64,000 bases of DNA, taken from Gemmatimonadales bacterium. GTDB lineage: Bacteria > Gemmatimonadota > Gemmatimonadetes > Gemmatimonadales > GWC2-71-9. Positions 1-9,828 of the stretch are shown piece by piece. Both the position numbers and the translations under genes were made by a program. Position 1 is the stretch's first letter; each line of letters opens with the position of its first letter. The stretch covers positions 723 to 64,722 of the forward strand of contig DATNIM010000135.1 of NCBI GenBank assembly GCA_035604455.1. Direction: 5' to 3'. Under the pieces are notes generated by a model. The model was not told the DNA's origin, searched no databases, and saw only the letters and a program-made list of their open reading frames with translations.

Positions 1-1964
1 ACCTCAAGTCCGCGGCACATCAGCCGGTGCACTGGTACCCGTGGGGGGACGCGGCCTTCGCCCGCGCGCGCGAGCTCGACCGTCCGATACTGCTCGACAT
101 CGGCGCCGTCTGGTGCCACTGGTGCCACGTGATGGATGGCGAATCCTACGAGCAGCCCGACGTCGCCGAGATCCTCAATGAAGGATTCGTCGCGATCAAG
201 GTGGACCGCGACGAGCGCCCCGATGTGGACCAGCGCTACCAGCGGGCTGTCCAAGCGCTCTCGGGCCAAGGTGGGTGGCCGCTCACGGCGTTTCTCACGC
301 CCGATGGGGATGTGTTCTTCGGCGGCACGTATTTCCCGCCTGAGAAGAACCCCTATGGCCAGCCCGGGTTCGGGTCAGTCCTGCGCCAGGTGGACCGCGC
401 CTATCGCACGGAGCGCGCCCGGGTGGCCCGGAGTGCGGCGGCGTTGCGGCGCCACGTGGCCGGCTCGCTCGACGAAGCCGAGCGCGGAGAACCAAACGCG
501 GCGCTGCTCGCCCAAGCCACGGATGCGATGGGCCGGCCGTTCGACGTCCGCTACGGAGGGTTCGGAACCGCGCCCAAGTTCCCGGCCGGCGCGGCCGTCG
601 AATTCCTGCTCGCGCGTTGGTTCGATGAGCGGACCGACTGGATGCGTGAGGTAGTGGAGAAGACACTGACGGCCATGGCCCGCGGCGGGATCCGAGACCA
701 CCTCGGGGGTGGCTTTCATCGATACTCCGTGGATGAGCGGTGGATCGTCCCGCACTTCGAGAAACTCATCTACGACAACGCCCAACTCCTGTCCGCGTAC
801 TGCAGCGCCTATGCCGCGTTCGGGACTCCGCTGTTTGCCGAGGTCGCGGAGGGCATCGTGACCTGGGTGCTCGAGGTCCTCTCCGATCGGAGCCAGCCGG
901 CGTTTTTCAGCTCTCAAGATGCCGATGTCACCTTCGGGGACGACGGCGACTACTGGACGTGGACGCAGGACGAAGCGCGGCGCGCCCTCTCGGACGAAGA
1001 GTTCCACGTGGTCGAGCGCGTGTTCGACATCGGGCCCGAGGGCGAGATGCACCACAACGCTGCCAAGAACGTGCTGTGGCGGCGGGCGGATCCTGCACCG
1101 GGAGAGGAGGCGGCCTTTCGCGGGGCGGTCGCCAAGCTGAACGAGGCGCGGGATCGACGGCCGCGACCCCAAGTGGACACGACCGCCTACGTTGGGTGGA
1201 ACGGCATGATGGCGGGCGCGTTCCTCCGAGCGGGCGCCATCCTGGATCGGCCCGAGTGCACGACCTTGGCATTGGGGGTTCTTGAGCGTCTCTGGGACGA
1301 AGCCTGGAATGAGACCGAAGGCATGGCCCACGTGCTTGGCCGGCCTGAGCCTCGCGGCTTCCTGGACGACAATGTTCACGCCGCGGCCGCTTTCCTCGAC
1401 GCCTACGAGGCGACGGGCGCTGCGTCATGGCTCGCCCGCGCCCGCGGAGCGATGTCCTACGTGGCGCGCGCCCACTCGGGCGACGGCGGTTTCTTCGACG
1501 TCGCGACAGGCCGCCGGGGCGCGGCATATCTCGCCACTCCGGCCACCACGGTCCAGGACGCACCCACGCCGTCCGGCAACGGCGTGGCCGCGCTCGTACT
1601 CGCGCGGCTGTGGGCGCTGACCGGGGAGCCGGACTGGCGCGAGCGCCTCGAGCGGCAGCTCGGCGCCGTCGTCGGCGCCCTGCCAAGACTCGGCATCCAC
1701 GGTGCCACGCTCGCCCAGGCGCTCGACTGGGTGCTTCACCCGGTGACGCGGATCGAGGTGGGCGGTCCCACGGGACCGGGACCGGCGTGCGCAATGCACC
1801 TGCTCGCGCTCCAGGCCTACCGACCGCGCAAAGTCGTGCTTCGCGAGGCGGCAGTCGCGGCGCGGGCCGTCGTGTGCGTTGGTACGACCTGCTCTCTGCC
1901 CGTCGATTCGCCCCCGGCCCTCGCGGCGATGCTCCACGTTGCTCGCCCTCAACCCACTCCCTGA
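1..1964 (+). CDS. Thioredoxin-domain / DUF255 (YyaL-like) protein with N-acylglucosamine-epimerase-like C-terminal domain; 5' end truncated by the window edge
   Basis: The frame is open from nt 3 (LKSAAHQPVHWYPWGDAAF...), so the listed GTG at 27 is internal. It has the CHWCHVM thioredoxin-like motif and a long alpha-rich C-terminal part typical of this family. Confidence 0.85.
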   Translation, partial: LKSAAHQPVHWYPWGDAAFARARELDRPILLDIGAVWCHWCHVMDGESYEQPDVAEILNEGFVAIKVDRDERPDVDQRYQRAVQALSGQGGWPLTAFLTPDGDVFFGGTYFPPEKNPYGQPGFGSVLRQVDRAYRTERARVARSAAALRRHVAGSLDEAERGEPNAALLAQATDAMGRPFDVRYGGFGTAPKFPAGAAVEFLLARWFDERTDWMREVVEKTLTAMARGGIRDHLGGGFHRYSVDERWIVPHFEKLIYDNAQLLSAYCSAYAAFGTPLFAEVAEGIVTWVLEVLSDRSQPAFFSSQDADVTFGDDGDYWTWTQDEARRALSDEEFHVVERVFDIGPEGEMHHNAAKNVLWRRADPAPGEEAAFRGAVAKLNEARDRRPRPQVDTTAYVGWNGMMAGAFLRAGAILDRPECTTLALGVLERLWDEAWNETEGMAHVLGRPEPRGFLDDNVHAAAAFLDAYEATGAASWLARARGAMSYVARAHSGDGGFFDVATGRRGAAYLATPATTVQDAPTPSGNGVAALVLARLWALTGEPDWRERLERQLGAVVGALPRLGIHGATLAQALDWVLHPVTRIEVGGPTGPGPACAMHLLALQAYRPRKVVLREAAVAARAVVCVGTTCSLPVDSPPALAAMLHVARPQPTP

Positions 1965-1985
1965 CAGGCTTTTCCGGAGACCTGC

Positions 1986-2435
1986 ATGCCGAACAAGACA
2001 GCCGTGTTCGAAACGTCCAAGGGCCGCATCGAAGCGGAGCTCTTCGGCGACGAGGTCCCGAACACTGTCGCGAACTTCGAAAAACTCGCCAACTCCGGGT
2101 TCTACGATCACACGAAGTTCCACCGAGTGATCCCAAATTTCGTCGTTCAGGGGGGGGATCCCTACTCGCGAACCGGCAAAGGCCCCGTGGGCACCGGAGG
2201 CCCGGGGTACACGATCAAGTGCGAGACGCACCTCAATACCCACAAGCATGCCGCCGGTACGCTTTCGATGGCGCACGCCGGAAAAGACACCGGGGGGAGT
2301 CAGTTCTTCATTTGTCATTCGCCGCAGAAGCACCTCGACGGCGTGCACACGGCGTTCGGGCAGGTCACCAAGGGCATGGACGTCGTCGGAGCGATCCGCC
2401 AGAACGACGAGATCACAAGCCTCCGGGTGTCCTGA
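1986..2435 (+). CDS. Peptidyl-prolyl cis-trans isomerase, cyclophilin type
   Basis: Motifs [30 protein letters not shown] and [16 protein letters not shown] Shine-Dalgarno (SD) lies 5 nt upstream of the ATG. Confidence 0.93.
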   Translation: MPNKTAVFETSKGRIEAELFGDEVPNTVANFEKLANSGFYDHTKFHRVIPNFVVQGGDPYSRTGKGPVGTGGPGYTIKCETHLNTHKHAAGTLSMAHAGKDTGGSQFFICHSPQKHLDGVHTAFGQVTKGMDVVGAIRQNDEITSLRVS

Positions 2436-2486
2436 GGATGAGTTCCGAGGCTTGGGTCGCGCTGTGTCGCCGACGGCGCGGAACCC

Positions 2487-2960
2487 ATGGCTCGGTCCCC
2501 TAGCCAGCGCCGAGACCACGTGCACCTCGACTTTGCCGTCGTAGCCGATTACGCCCTGGTGGATCAGGCGGGAAAGCTCTCCGTGCTGGGGATCTTCCAG
2601 CACATCTGGGTGCACCAGTTCCCCGCCATGCACCCGCGCCTGCACCTCGTTCTCCGATTGAAAGGCAAGCGCACGGAAGTCGGCACGCACTCGGCCCGAA
2701 TTCGCCTCCTCGACGAACGCGGTACCGAGATTCTTGGCAGCGAGGGAAACGTCACGTTCGCCGAGCCGCCGGCCGGTGTCACAGAGATCGACGCGGGAGC
2801 GGTGCTCGTATTTGACGTCTTGTTTCCGGCCGCCGGGAGCTATCGCTTCGCAATCGCCGTCGATGGCGAGGAGCTCGGCTTGGTGCCGGTGACCGTAGGC
2901 CAACTCCTTTCCGCGCCTCCCCTGCCGCCGGGGTCGACCCTCCCTCGTCCGCCTGACTGA
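2487..2960 (+). CDS. Hypothetical protein (beta-rich, Pro-rich tail)
   Basis: Protein-like composition and high GC3. It is tightly packed between ppi and the GT39 gene. A GTG at 2520 is an alternative start. Confidence 0.6.
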   Translation: MARSPSQRRDHVHLDFAVVADYALVDQAGKLSVLGIFQHIWVHQFPAMHPRLHLVLRLKGKRTEVGTHSARIRLLDERGTEILGSEGNVTFAEPPAGVTEIDAGAVLVFDVLFPAAGSYRFAIAVDGEELGLVPVTVGQLLSAPPLPPGSTLPRPPD

Positions 2961-2964
2961 CGGT

Positions 2965-4602
2965 GTGGGGCGGGCGCCCATCAGGTTGTGGCTGCTCGTC
3001 GTCGCCGCCGTGACCGCGCTTGCCTGGAACCTGGGCGGTTTCCACTTCCTCGACCCCGACGAGGGACGGACCGCCGAGATCGCGCGCGAGATGGTCGCCT
3101 CGGGCGACTTCGTGGTGCCTCACCTTGACGGGCTGCCCTACCTCGACAAACCCGTGTGCTACTTCGCCGCCGCCGCAGTGGCGATGATGGCCGTGGGCCA
3201 GACCGAGGCGGCGGTCCGCCTCCCGGCGCTGCTCGCCACGGTGGGCACGATGGCACTGCTCGTCGCGTTCGCACGGCGGCGCTGGGGGGCGACGGCGGGG
3301 TGCCTTGCCGGCCTCGCTTTCGCGACCATGCCGCTCACTCTCGGGTACGCTCACGCCGCGCTGATCGACAGCATGCTCACGCTGAGCACGACTGCGGCCA
3401 TCCTCGCGTTCGCCGACGACCGCCCGGCGCTCGCGTGGGGAGCGATGGCGGTCGGTGCCCTCACGAAGGGCCCGGTCGCGCTCGCGGTGCCGTTGGTGAC
3501 CTTGGCGCCCTACGCGATGGCCACGGGAGTCCCGCTACGACGGTTCGTCACTTGGCCGGGCGTTGTTGTGTTCGGCATCGTCGCGCTCCCGTGGTGCGTG
3601 GCGGTGACGGCGCAATTCCCTGCGTTCCCCACGTACGTCTTCGGCCGCGAGACGTTCCTTCGGTTCGCGACCACCACGTTCCACCGATCCGCTCCCCTGT
3701 GGTACTACCTTCCGATCCTGGCGGCGGGCGCGTTCCCGTGGATCGTGCCGGCCTGCGCCGGAATGACCCGCTGGCGCGCCGCGTGGCAGGCGCGGCGTGA
3801 GCCTGCGGTGCGCGAGTCGATGCTCTTCGCCGCTTGGGTGCTCGGGCCCCTAGTGCTGTTCACGCTCGATCGGTCGAAGCTCCCGCAATACGTGTTGCCG
3901 GTGATGCCGGCCATCGCCCTCGCGGCGGCGCGGACGATCGCGCTCCGGGGGCCGGGCGTCGCGGCAAAATCGGGGGTCGCGGCGGCGCTCGCCTTGGCCG
4001 CCGCCTTCCTCGTCATCTCACGCACGGGCACACCCCTGCCCCTTACGCCCGCGGAGTGGGCTGCGGTGCCAGGGACCGCGCTCGCGCTGAGTGTCGCGCT
4101 GGCGGGATCGGCGGTGGGCCTCGGCCTCGCGGCCCTTTCTCGCCGGAGAGATCTCGGCGCCCTTGCCTACGCGCTCCCCGGCCTCGTGCTGCCAGTCGCG
4201 AGCCAGTCCCTGATGGCCGCCGTCGGCGACGATCGCTCATCCGCGGCACTCGCCGCCGCGATCGCACCAGCGCTCGCCGGAGGCGTGCTCTTCGGCGTCG
4301 CGACCTTCCCACCCTCCCTACCGTTCTACCTGCGGCACTCCATGCTGGTCGCGACGGGCGACGGGCATGAGCTGACGAGCACCTATGTCGTGACCTACCT
4401 CGGGACCCTCCGCGGACCCACCTCGCCGCTCAAGGGTCCAAACGAATGGCGGCGTGCGCTGGACAACTGTCCTGCGCCGACCGTGTTCGTCGTGCCCGCC
4501 GGCGACACCGCGGTCCGGCGCAGCTTCGCCGAACTCCCGGTGATCGCGGACGACGGGCACAACGTCGCATTCGGACCCTGCCAGCCGCCGAGACACGAAT
4601 AG
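2965..4602 (+). CDS. Glycosyltransferase family 39 (ArnT/PMT-like) integral membrane protein
   Basis: GTG start. N-terminal LDPDEGRTAEIAREM...PHLDGLPYLDKP loop motif and many TM helices typical of ArnT/PMT_2 enzymes. Confidence 0.85.
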   Translation: MGRAPIRLWLLVVAAVTALAWNLGGFHFLDPDEGRTAEIAREMVASGDFVVPHLDGLPYLDKPVCYFAAAAVAMMAVGQTEAAVRLPALLATVGTMALLVAFARRRWGATAGCLAGLAFATMPLTLGYAHAALIDSMLTLSTTAAILAFADDRPALAWGAMAVGALTKGPVALAVPLVTLAPYAMATGVPLRRFVTWPGVVVFGIVALPWCVAVTAQFPAFPTYVFGRETFLRFATTTFHRSAPLWYYLPILAAGAFPWIVPACAGMTRWRAAWQARREPAVRESMLFAAWVLGPLVLFTLDRSKLPQYVLPVMPAIALAAARTIALRGPGVAAKSGVAAALALAAAFLVISRTGTPLPLTPAEWAAVPGTALALSVALAGSAVGLGLAALSRRRDLGALAYALPGLVLPVASQSLMAAVGDDRSSAALAAAIAPALAGGVLFGVATFPPSLPFYLRHSMLVATGDGHELTSTYVVTYLGTLRGPTSPLKGPNEWRRALDNCPAPTVFVVPAGDTAVRRSFAELPVIADDGHNVAFGPCQPPRHE

Positions 4603-6437
4603 TGTGCGGGATCTTCGGCGCCATTTCCCTCACGGGCAGTCCGCTCCGTCACGCCGAGCGGTTGGGCGCGATGGCGGCCGCTCTCGCACACCGCGGCCCC
4701 GACGGCGAAGGGGTATTCGGCCACGAGCGTGCCCGCCTCGGGGCGCGCCGCCTCGCGATCGTGGACCCGGCCCATGGCGAGCAGCCCTTTCGAAGCCCTG
4801 ACGACGCGGTGTGGGTGGTCTGCAACGGCGAGATCTACAACGCCGCTGCGCTCCGGCGTGAGGCGCTAGGCTGGGGATATCCCTTCCGCTCGCAGACCGA
4901 TGTCGAAACCGTAGTCCCGCTCTACGAGCGGTTCGGGACCGACGCGGTGTCTCGGCTCGAGGGGATGTTCGGTCTGGCAATCTGGGACGAGGGCCATCGG
5001 CTTCTCGTGCTGGCCAGGGACCGTGTGGGAGAGAAGCCCCTCTTTTGGTGTGAGCGGGGTGGCGAACTCCGATTCGCTTCTGAGGTGCAAGCCCTGCTCG
5101 TCTACCCTGACCAGCCGCGACGCCTGGACTGCCATGCCGCTGCGCTGTACGAGACGCTCGGGTATGTCCCCTCGCCGCACACGCTCTTCGCCGGCATCCA
5201 CAAGCTCAAGCCCGCGCACCTGCTCGAGGCGGATGAGAACGGCGTGCGCATCCGACCGTTCTGGGACGCGGCGGCGGTCGCTCGGGACACCCGGGTTCCC
5301 ACGGCGGCTGACCTCCGCGAGACGCTGCTCGCGGCTGTCGAGCGAGAAGTCGTGTCCGACGCCCCACTCGGCATTTTTGCGAGCGGCGGTCTGGACTCCT
5401 CCCTCCTCCTCGCGGCCGCCGCCCGGACGCTCCCAGGGCACCGGATCCACGCGTACACGGTCCGGTTCCCCCGCGCCCAGTACGACGAGTCCGCCCACGC
5501 CCGCGCGGTGACTCATGCGATGGGCGCGGTGCATCATGTCGTCACCGCCGACGATTCCGCGCTCGCCCAAGCCTTGGAGCGAGTCACGAGTACCCTGGCC
5601 GAGCCCGTGGGGGACCCGGCGATCCTTGCGACCTACCTGCTCGCTCAAGCCGCGCAGGCTGACGTGAGGGTTGTGCTCTCAGGGGAGGGGGCGGACGAGC
5701 TGTTCGGCGGTTATCCGACGTACCTCGGACACGAGATAGCACCCTTGTACGCTCAGCTGCCGGGGTGGCTCCGCGGACTCGCGGTGCGCCTTGCGGCGCG
5801 CACGCCGGGCTTCGGGAACGTGACCCTAGGCTTCCTCCTCCGGGAGTTCGTCGGCGCAGCGGAGCAACCGCCGTTACACCGTCATGTTCGATGGTTCGGG
5901 GCCTTGGGCCCCGGGCCGCAGGCGCTCGCCGAGCTCGGCGCCCGGCTCGCGGCGTTCCCCGCTACTGACGACATCAACCGAGCACTGTGGCTCGATTTCG
6001 TCACGTACCTCCCCGACAACCTGCTCGCGAAGGTTGATCGCGGCACCATGCTCGCGTCGATCGAGGCCCGCGCGCCTTACTTGGACCGCCACGTCGTGGA
6101 GCTCGTGCTGCCCGCGCCCGCACGCGTCAAGGTGCGGCGGCTCGCGACCAAGGTGATATTACGAGACGCCGCCCGTGGGCTCGTCCCGCCACGCACCATC
6201 CGACGTCGCAAACGCGGCCTCTCGGTGCCAGTGGCGGACTGGCTGAACGGACGTCTCGCGCCCGTCGCCGATCGATTGTTCACCTGTCCCCGGTTCGGTG
6301 GACTGCGGGTGCCTCGGCTCTGGGCGGAGCATCGGGAGCGCCGCGCGAACCACGCGCGCAAGCTTTGGCCGATTTTCGTAGCGGAACTGTGGGCGGACCG
6401 CTGGGGGGTGGAAATCCCGGAGAGTGCGGGGGTATGA
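4602..6437 (+). CDS. asnB: Asparagine synthase (glutamine-hydrolysing) family amidotransferase
   Basis: The GTG at 4602 gives the N-terminus M-CGIFG (catalytic Cys2). It overlaps the GT39 stop (TAGTG). It has the SGGLDSS PP-loop. The listed ORF start at 4446 lies inside the previous gene. Confidence 0.9.
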   Translation: MCGIFGAISLTGSPLRHAERLGAMAAALAHRGPDGEGVFGHERARLGARRLAIVDPAHGEQPFRSPDDAVWVVCNGEIYNAAALRREALGWGYPFRSQTDVETVVPLYERFGTDAVSRLEGMFGLAIWDEGHRLLVLARDRVGEKPLFWCERGGELRFASEVQALLVYPDQPRRLDCHAAALYETLGYVPSPHTLFAGIHKLKPAHLLEADENGVRIRPFWDAAAVARDTRVPTAADLRETLLAAVEREVVSDAPLGIFASGGLDSSLLLAAAARTLPGHRIHAYTVRFPRAQYDESAHARAVTHAMGAVHHVVTADDSALAQALERVTSTLAEPVGDPAILATYLLAQAAQADVRVVLSGEGADELFGGYPTYLGHEIAPLYAQLPGWLRGLAVRLAARTPGFGNVTLGFLLREFVGAAEQPPLHRHVRWFGALGPGPQALAELGARLAAFPATDDINRALWLDFVTYLPDNLLAKVDRGTMLASIEARAPYLDRHVVELVLPAPARVKVRRLATKVILRDAARGLVPPRTIRRRKRGLSVPVADWLNGRLAPVADRLFTCPRFGGLRVPRLWAEHRERRANHARKLWPIFVAELWADRWGVEIPESAGV

Positions 6438-7021
6438 ACAGAGACGAGGCCGTCGCGCTAGTCGAGGAGCACACTCAATCGCCGGGTCTGCGTCAGCACA
6501 TGCTGGCGGTCGAAGCGGCTATGCGGGCCTATGCCCAGCACCATGGGGAAGATCCGGACGCGTGGGGACTCGTCGGGCTGCTGCACGACTTCGACTACGA
6601 GCGCTACCCGAACGAGGCTCACGCGGCGGACGACGGACACCCGAGCTGGGGCGTCGACTTGCTGCGGGAGCGCGGCATCGCCGAACCGATGTGCCGGGCC
6701 ATTCTTGGGCACGCGAGCTACACCGGCGTCCCGCGAGACACGCCGCTCGCCCGCTCGCTCTTCGCCGTGGACGAGCTGTGTGGGTTCCTCGTCGCCTGCG
6801 CGCTCGTGCGGCCATCCCGAAGCCTGTCGGACCTCGAGGTCGCTTCGGTCAAGAAGAAGCTCAAGGACAAGGCGTTCGCCCGAGCGGTGAGTCGCGAGGA
6901 TATCCGACTGGGGGCCGAGGAGTTGGGGGTATCGCTCGATGACCACATCGCCTTCGTCATCCGGGCGCTCCGCCCGATCGAGGGAACGCTCGGGCTCCGC
7001 CCGACGGCGGCGCAGACGTGA
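6434..7021 (+). CDS. HD-domain metal-dependent phosphohydrolase
   Basis: The ATG at 6434 overlaps the asnB stop (ATGA). Motif HMLAVE...GLLHDFDYERYP. Confidence 0.85.
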   Translation: MNRDEAVALVEEHTQSPGLRQHMLAVEAAMRAYAQHHGEDPDAWGLVGLLHDFDYERYPNEAHAADDGHPSWGVDLLRERGIAEPMCRAILGHASYTGVPRDTPLARSLFAVDELCGFLVACALVRPSRSLSDLEVASVKKKLKDKAFARAVSREDIRLGAEELGVSLDDHIAFVIRALRPIEGTLGLRPTAAQT

Positions 7022-7212
7022 GGCCTAACTTTGCCTGAGGACGGCCGTCCATCCCTCTCGGCAGGCTGGTCCGAGTTCGGGCCCTCCCAAGGCCTCTCGC
7101 ACGAGGCTCGCATTCTCGGTTGTTGTGAGTATCGTTCTAGCGACCCTGGTGGGCGTCCACGCGCGTCGCACCGCTGTCAACCTGTTGGAGCAGCGCAGCA
7201 TACGGGAGCGAT

Positions 7213-7806
7213 GTGACACCGACTGAGCCTCAACCCCCCAGGGAGGCCGCGCGTATCACAGCGGAGACCGACGCTGATCTCGTCGGCCGCACGCTCGCAG
7301 GTGATCGTAGTGCATTCGGCGTCCTGGTGGAGCGCTACAGTGCGTCCGTGCGACGCGTGGCGCGTGCCGTACTCGGAGATCCTGACGACGCCGATGACGC
7401 GGCACAGGACGCGCTCCTCGCGGCGCTAGTGAAGCTGCGACAATACGACCCGCAGCGTCCCTTTGGACCCTGGCTGATGCGTGTCGTGGCGAACGCCGCC
7501 ACCGACCGTCGGCGTCGGCGGACCGTGCGTCGTGTGGACCCGTTGGACGGGAACATCGTCGCGGGCGGGCCCGCCCCCGACGTTGAAATGCAGCGACGGG
7601 CCCTGGGACAGCAGCTCCGAGAAGCATTGGCCGCCCTTCCCGAGCGGCGACGGATCGCCGTCGTGTTGTTTGATGTTGAGGGTTACTCGCATGCCGAGAT
7701 TGGGCGCATCCTCGGCGTGCCGGAGGGCACGGTGCGCTCGGAAGTGTTCCACGCGCGGCGCGCATTGCGCGCGCTGCTCAAGGATTGGAAAGAGGAGGAA
7801 GCATGA
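7213..7806 (+). CDS. ECF-type RNA polymerase sigma-70 family factor
   Basis: GTG start with GGGAG SD. Region 2 (DDAAQDALLAAL) and region 4 (GYSHAEIGRILGVPEGTVRSEVFHARRAL) motifs. Confidence 0.9.
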   Translation: MTPTEPQPPREAARITAETDADLVGRTLAGDRSAFGVLVERYSASVRRVARAVLGDPDDADDAAQDALLAALVKLRQYDPQRPFGPWLMRVVANAATDRRRRRTVRRVDPLDGNIVAGGPAPDVEMQRRALGQQLREALAALPERRRIAVVLFDVEGYSHAEIGRILGVPEGTVRSEVFHARRALRALLKDWKEEEA

Positions 7807-8153
7807 CGCCGCAAGTAACGCCCTTCGATCATCGGCCCGACCGCGCCCTCGGGGCGGCGCTCCGCGCTGCGCTGACGGGGGCCGACGAGCCCGCCTTTGT
7901 CACGCGCGTCCTCGCGCGGGTGGGGCGACCGCTTCCCTACTGGGAAGTGCTCGCGTCGTGGTCGCGGGCGGGCATCACGGCGGCCGCGGCCACCGGGCTC
8001 ATTGCGACGTTCCTGGTCGGCCGCGCGGCCGCCAGCTCGACGCCCGATCCCGATTTCCTGGCGAGCGCCGCTACCGCTTCCGCACGGCGCTTGGTAGCCG
8101 CTCCCCGGCCCCCTGATCCGAGCGTCGTGCTCGCTGGTATCGAAGACCGCTAG
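7803..8153 (+). CDS. Putative anti-sigma / single-pass membrane protein
   Basis: The ATG at 7803 overlaps the sigma stop (ATGA). It has one predicted TM (AGITAAAATGLIATFLV) and no zf-HC2 motif. The call rests on position. Confidence 0.5.
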   Translation: MTPQVTPFDHRPDRALGAALRAALTGADEPAFVTRVLARVGRPLPYWEVLASWSRAGITAAAATGLIATFLVGRAAASSTPDPDFLASAATASARRLVAAPRPPDPSVVLAGIEDR

Positions 8154-8156
8154 AGC

Positions 8157-8549
8157 ATGCCGAATCGGTCGCAAGCCTGGGCCGCCGCGTTCCTCGCGAC
8201 GGTATTTTTGGCGGGCGGCGCGGCCGGCTTTTGGCTTCGGGGCTACACGGGTGAGCCCCCGGAGCCCCGGCTTCGCGACACCAATCAGATGGTCGCTTAC
8301 CTCACTCATGAGCTCGGCCTGAACTCGGCCGAGCAGGACTCGGTTCGCACCGTGATGCAGCGGCACCGCGCCGAGATCGAGGCCGCCTGGCGGGACGCGC
8401 ATCCCCGGTTCGACTCGCTGCGGGCTATCATGGAGGCGGAGATCAGCGTTCGGCTCCGGCCGGAACAGCAGCAGCGATATCGGGACCTGGTTGCTCGCCT
8501 GGCACGCCAGCGCGCCGCCGCGGATACGGCCCGGGCGGATCACCATTAA
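8157..8549 (+). CDS. Periplasmic LTXXQ-motif (CpxP/Spy/ZraP-like) protein
   Basis: N-terminal TM or signal (AAAFLATVFLAGGAAGF). Two LxxxQ-type motifs (LNSAEQ, LRPEQQ) in a helical, Arg/Glu-rich body. Confidence 0.65.
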   Translation: MPNRSQAWAAAFLATVFLAGGAAGFWLRGYTGEPPEPRLRDTNQMVAYLTHELGLNSAEQDSVRTVMQRHRAEIEAAWRDAHPRFDSLRAIMEAEISVRLRPEQQQRYRDLVARLARQRAAADTARADHH

Positions 8550-8550
8550 C

Positions 8551-9828
8551 ATGCGGGTCTCGGCGCTGCTCGTCGCCCTCGCTGCCGGGGCGCGGGCTGG
8601 CGTTGCCCAAGGCGTGCCGATGACGCTGCAGCAGGCGATCGACCACGCCCTCGCCGTGCAACCGGCGGTCGTGCAGGCTCGCGGCACCCTCACGAACGCT
8701 GAGTGGCAGAAACGAGCCGCCCTCGGCGCGTTCTTGCCGACCCTCACGGCCGCGGCCGGCGCCTTCACCGTCAACCAGCAGTCGGTCGTCAACGGTCTGT
8801 TCGTCCAGCCGGGCATCTACCAGTACAACTCGAGCCTCACCAGCAATCTCGACGTGTTCACCGGATTCGGACGGATCGCGGAATACCGCAACGCCACCGC
8901 GAACGAGCACGCCGCGAACGCGGCCCTCGTGAACCAGCGCTATCAGGTGATCGTGGCCACGCAACAGGCGTTCTTCGCCGTGCTCGCCGACCAGGACCTC
9001 GTACGGGTGGCGGATGCGCAGGTAGGCCGCACGAAGGAAGAGCTCCAGACCGCACTGAACAAGTTCGCGGCCGGCGCCGCGACGCGGTCCGACACCCTCA
9101 CCTCAACGGTGGACCTGGGCAACGCCAAGTTCACGCTGCTCCAGGCACAAGCGAACCTCGCGACGGCCGAGGCGAACCTCGCCCGGCAGGTCGGGTCCGA
9201 CGGCCTCGTCGAGGCCGTGGGCGACTCCGCGCTCCCACCGCTACCCGACACGACCGCCTTGCGCGCCAGCGCCGCCGGGAACGCGCCCACGGTGGTACAA
9301 GCCGAGGCCGACGCCCGGGCCGCTTCGGCGGCGCTTGGCGTCGCCCGGGCCCAGTGGTGGCCGACCCTGTCCGCGTCCTACGCGACGTCCAGTCAGGGAC
9401 TCACCGAACCGTGGAATGGCTTCGGGGGAGGGAACCGCAACCTGAACCAGCTCCGGATCGGCCTCTCGTGGACCCTCTTCAACGGGTTCGCTCGCGAGCA
9501 AGCGATCGCCCAAAGCAGTGCGGCCCTGGACTACGCTCAGGCGCAGGCCGCGGACACACGCCGGCAGTTCGATGCCCTGTTCACGCAGGACGCGACCGCG
9601 TTGTTTGCGGCGAACGCGCAGATCGACGTCGCGTCCGCGAACGTTGCAGCCGCCACCGAGGCGTTGCGCGTCCAACAGGAGCGCTATCGGGTCGGCGCCG
9701 GCACGCTGCTCGATCTGGAGACGGCCGAAGCGAACCTCACCCAAGCCGAGGCGAATCAAGTCCAGGCGCGGTACAACTACGTCGTGGCCCGCGCTCAACT
9801 GGAGGCCCTGGTCGGCCGCTCCTTGTGA
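8551..9828 (+). CDS. TolC-family outer membrane efflux protein
   Basis: The internal ATG at 8551 gives the signal peptide [21 protein letters not shown]. The two-repeat TolC architecture ends ...[17 protein letters not shown]. Confidence 0.88.
   Translation: MRVSALLVALAAGARAGVAQGVPMTLQQAIDHALAVQPAVVQARGTLTNAEWQKRAALGAFLPTLTAAAGAFTVNQQSVVNGLFVQPGIYQYNSSLTSNLDVFTGFGRIAEYRNATANEHAANAALVNQRYQVIVATQQAFFAVLADQDLVRVADAQVGRTKEELQTALNKFAAGAATRSDTLTSTVDLGNAKFTLLQAQANLATAEANLARQVGSDGLVEAVGDSALPPLPDTTALRASAAGNAPTVVQAEADARAASAALGVARAQWWPTLSASYATSSQGLTEPWNGFGGGNRNLNQLRIGLSWTLFNGFAREQAIAQSSAALDYAQAQAADTRRQFDALFTQDATALFAANAQIDVASANVAAATEALRVQQERYRVGAGTLLDLETAEANLTQAEANQVQARYNYVVARAQLEALVGRSL

Noticed and set aside
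375-2981. Long minus-strand ORFs (375-1379, 928-2136, 1425-2981) opposite the DUF255, cyclophilin and hypothetical genes.
   Set aside because: Their translations are Arg/Pro/Gly/Ala-rich with no recognisable motifs. They lie antisense to genes with clear family signatures, which is the typical artefact of high-GC DNA.
7022-7070. A hairpin (GCCTG...GGACGGCCGTCC...CAGGC) after the HD gene as an intrinsic terminator.
   Set aside because: The inner palindrome has no loop, the outer stem is only 5 bp, and no T-tract follows. The evidence is too weak for a terminator call.
8703-9824. The N-terminal ~370 codons of the 621-aa plus-strand ORF, which would fuse a long extension to the ABC ATPase.
   Set aside because: This stretch is an alternate frame over the TolC gene and is Arg/Pro/Gly-rich. 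The ATPase domain begins right after a GTG at 9825 that overlaps the tolC stop.
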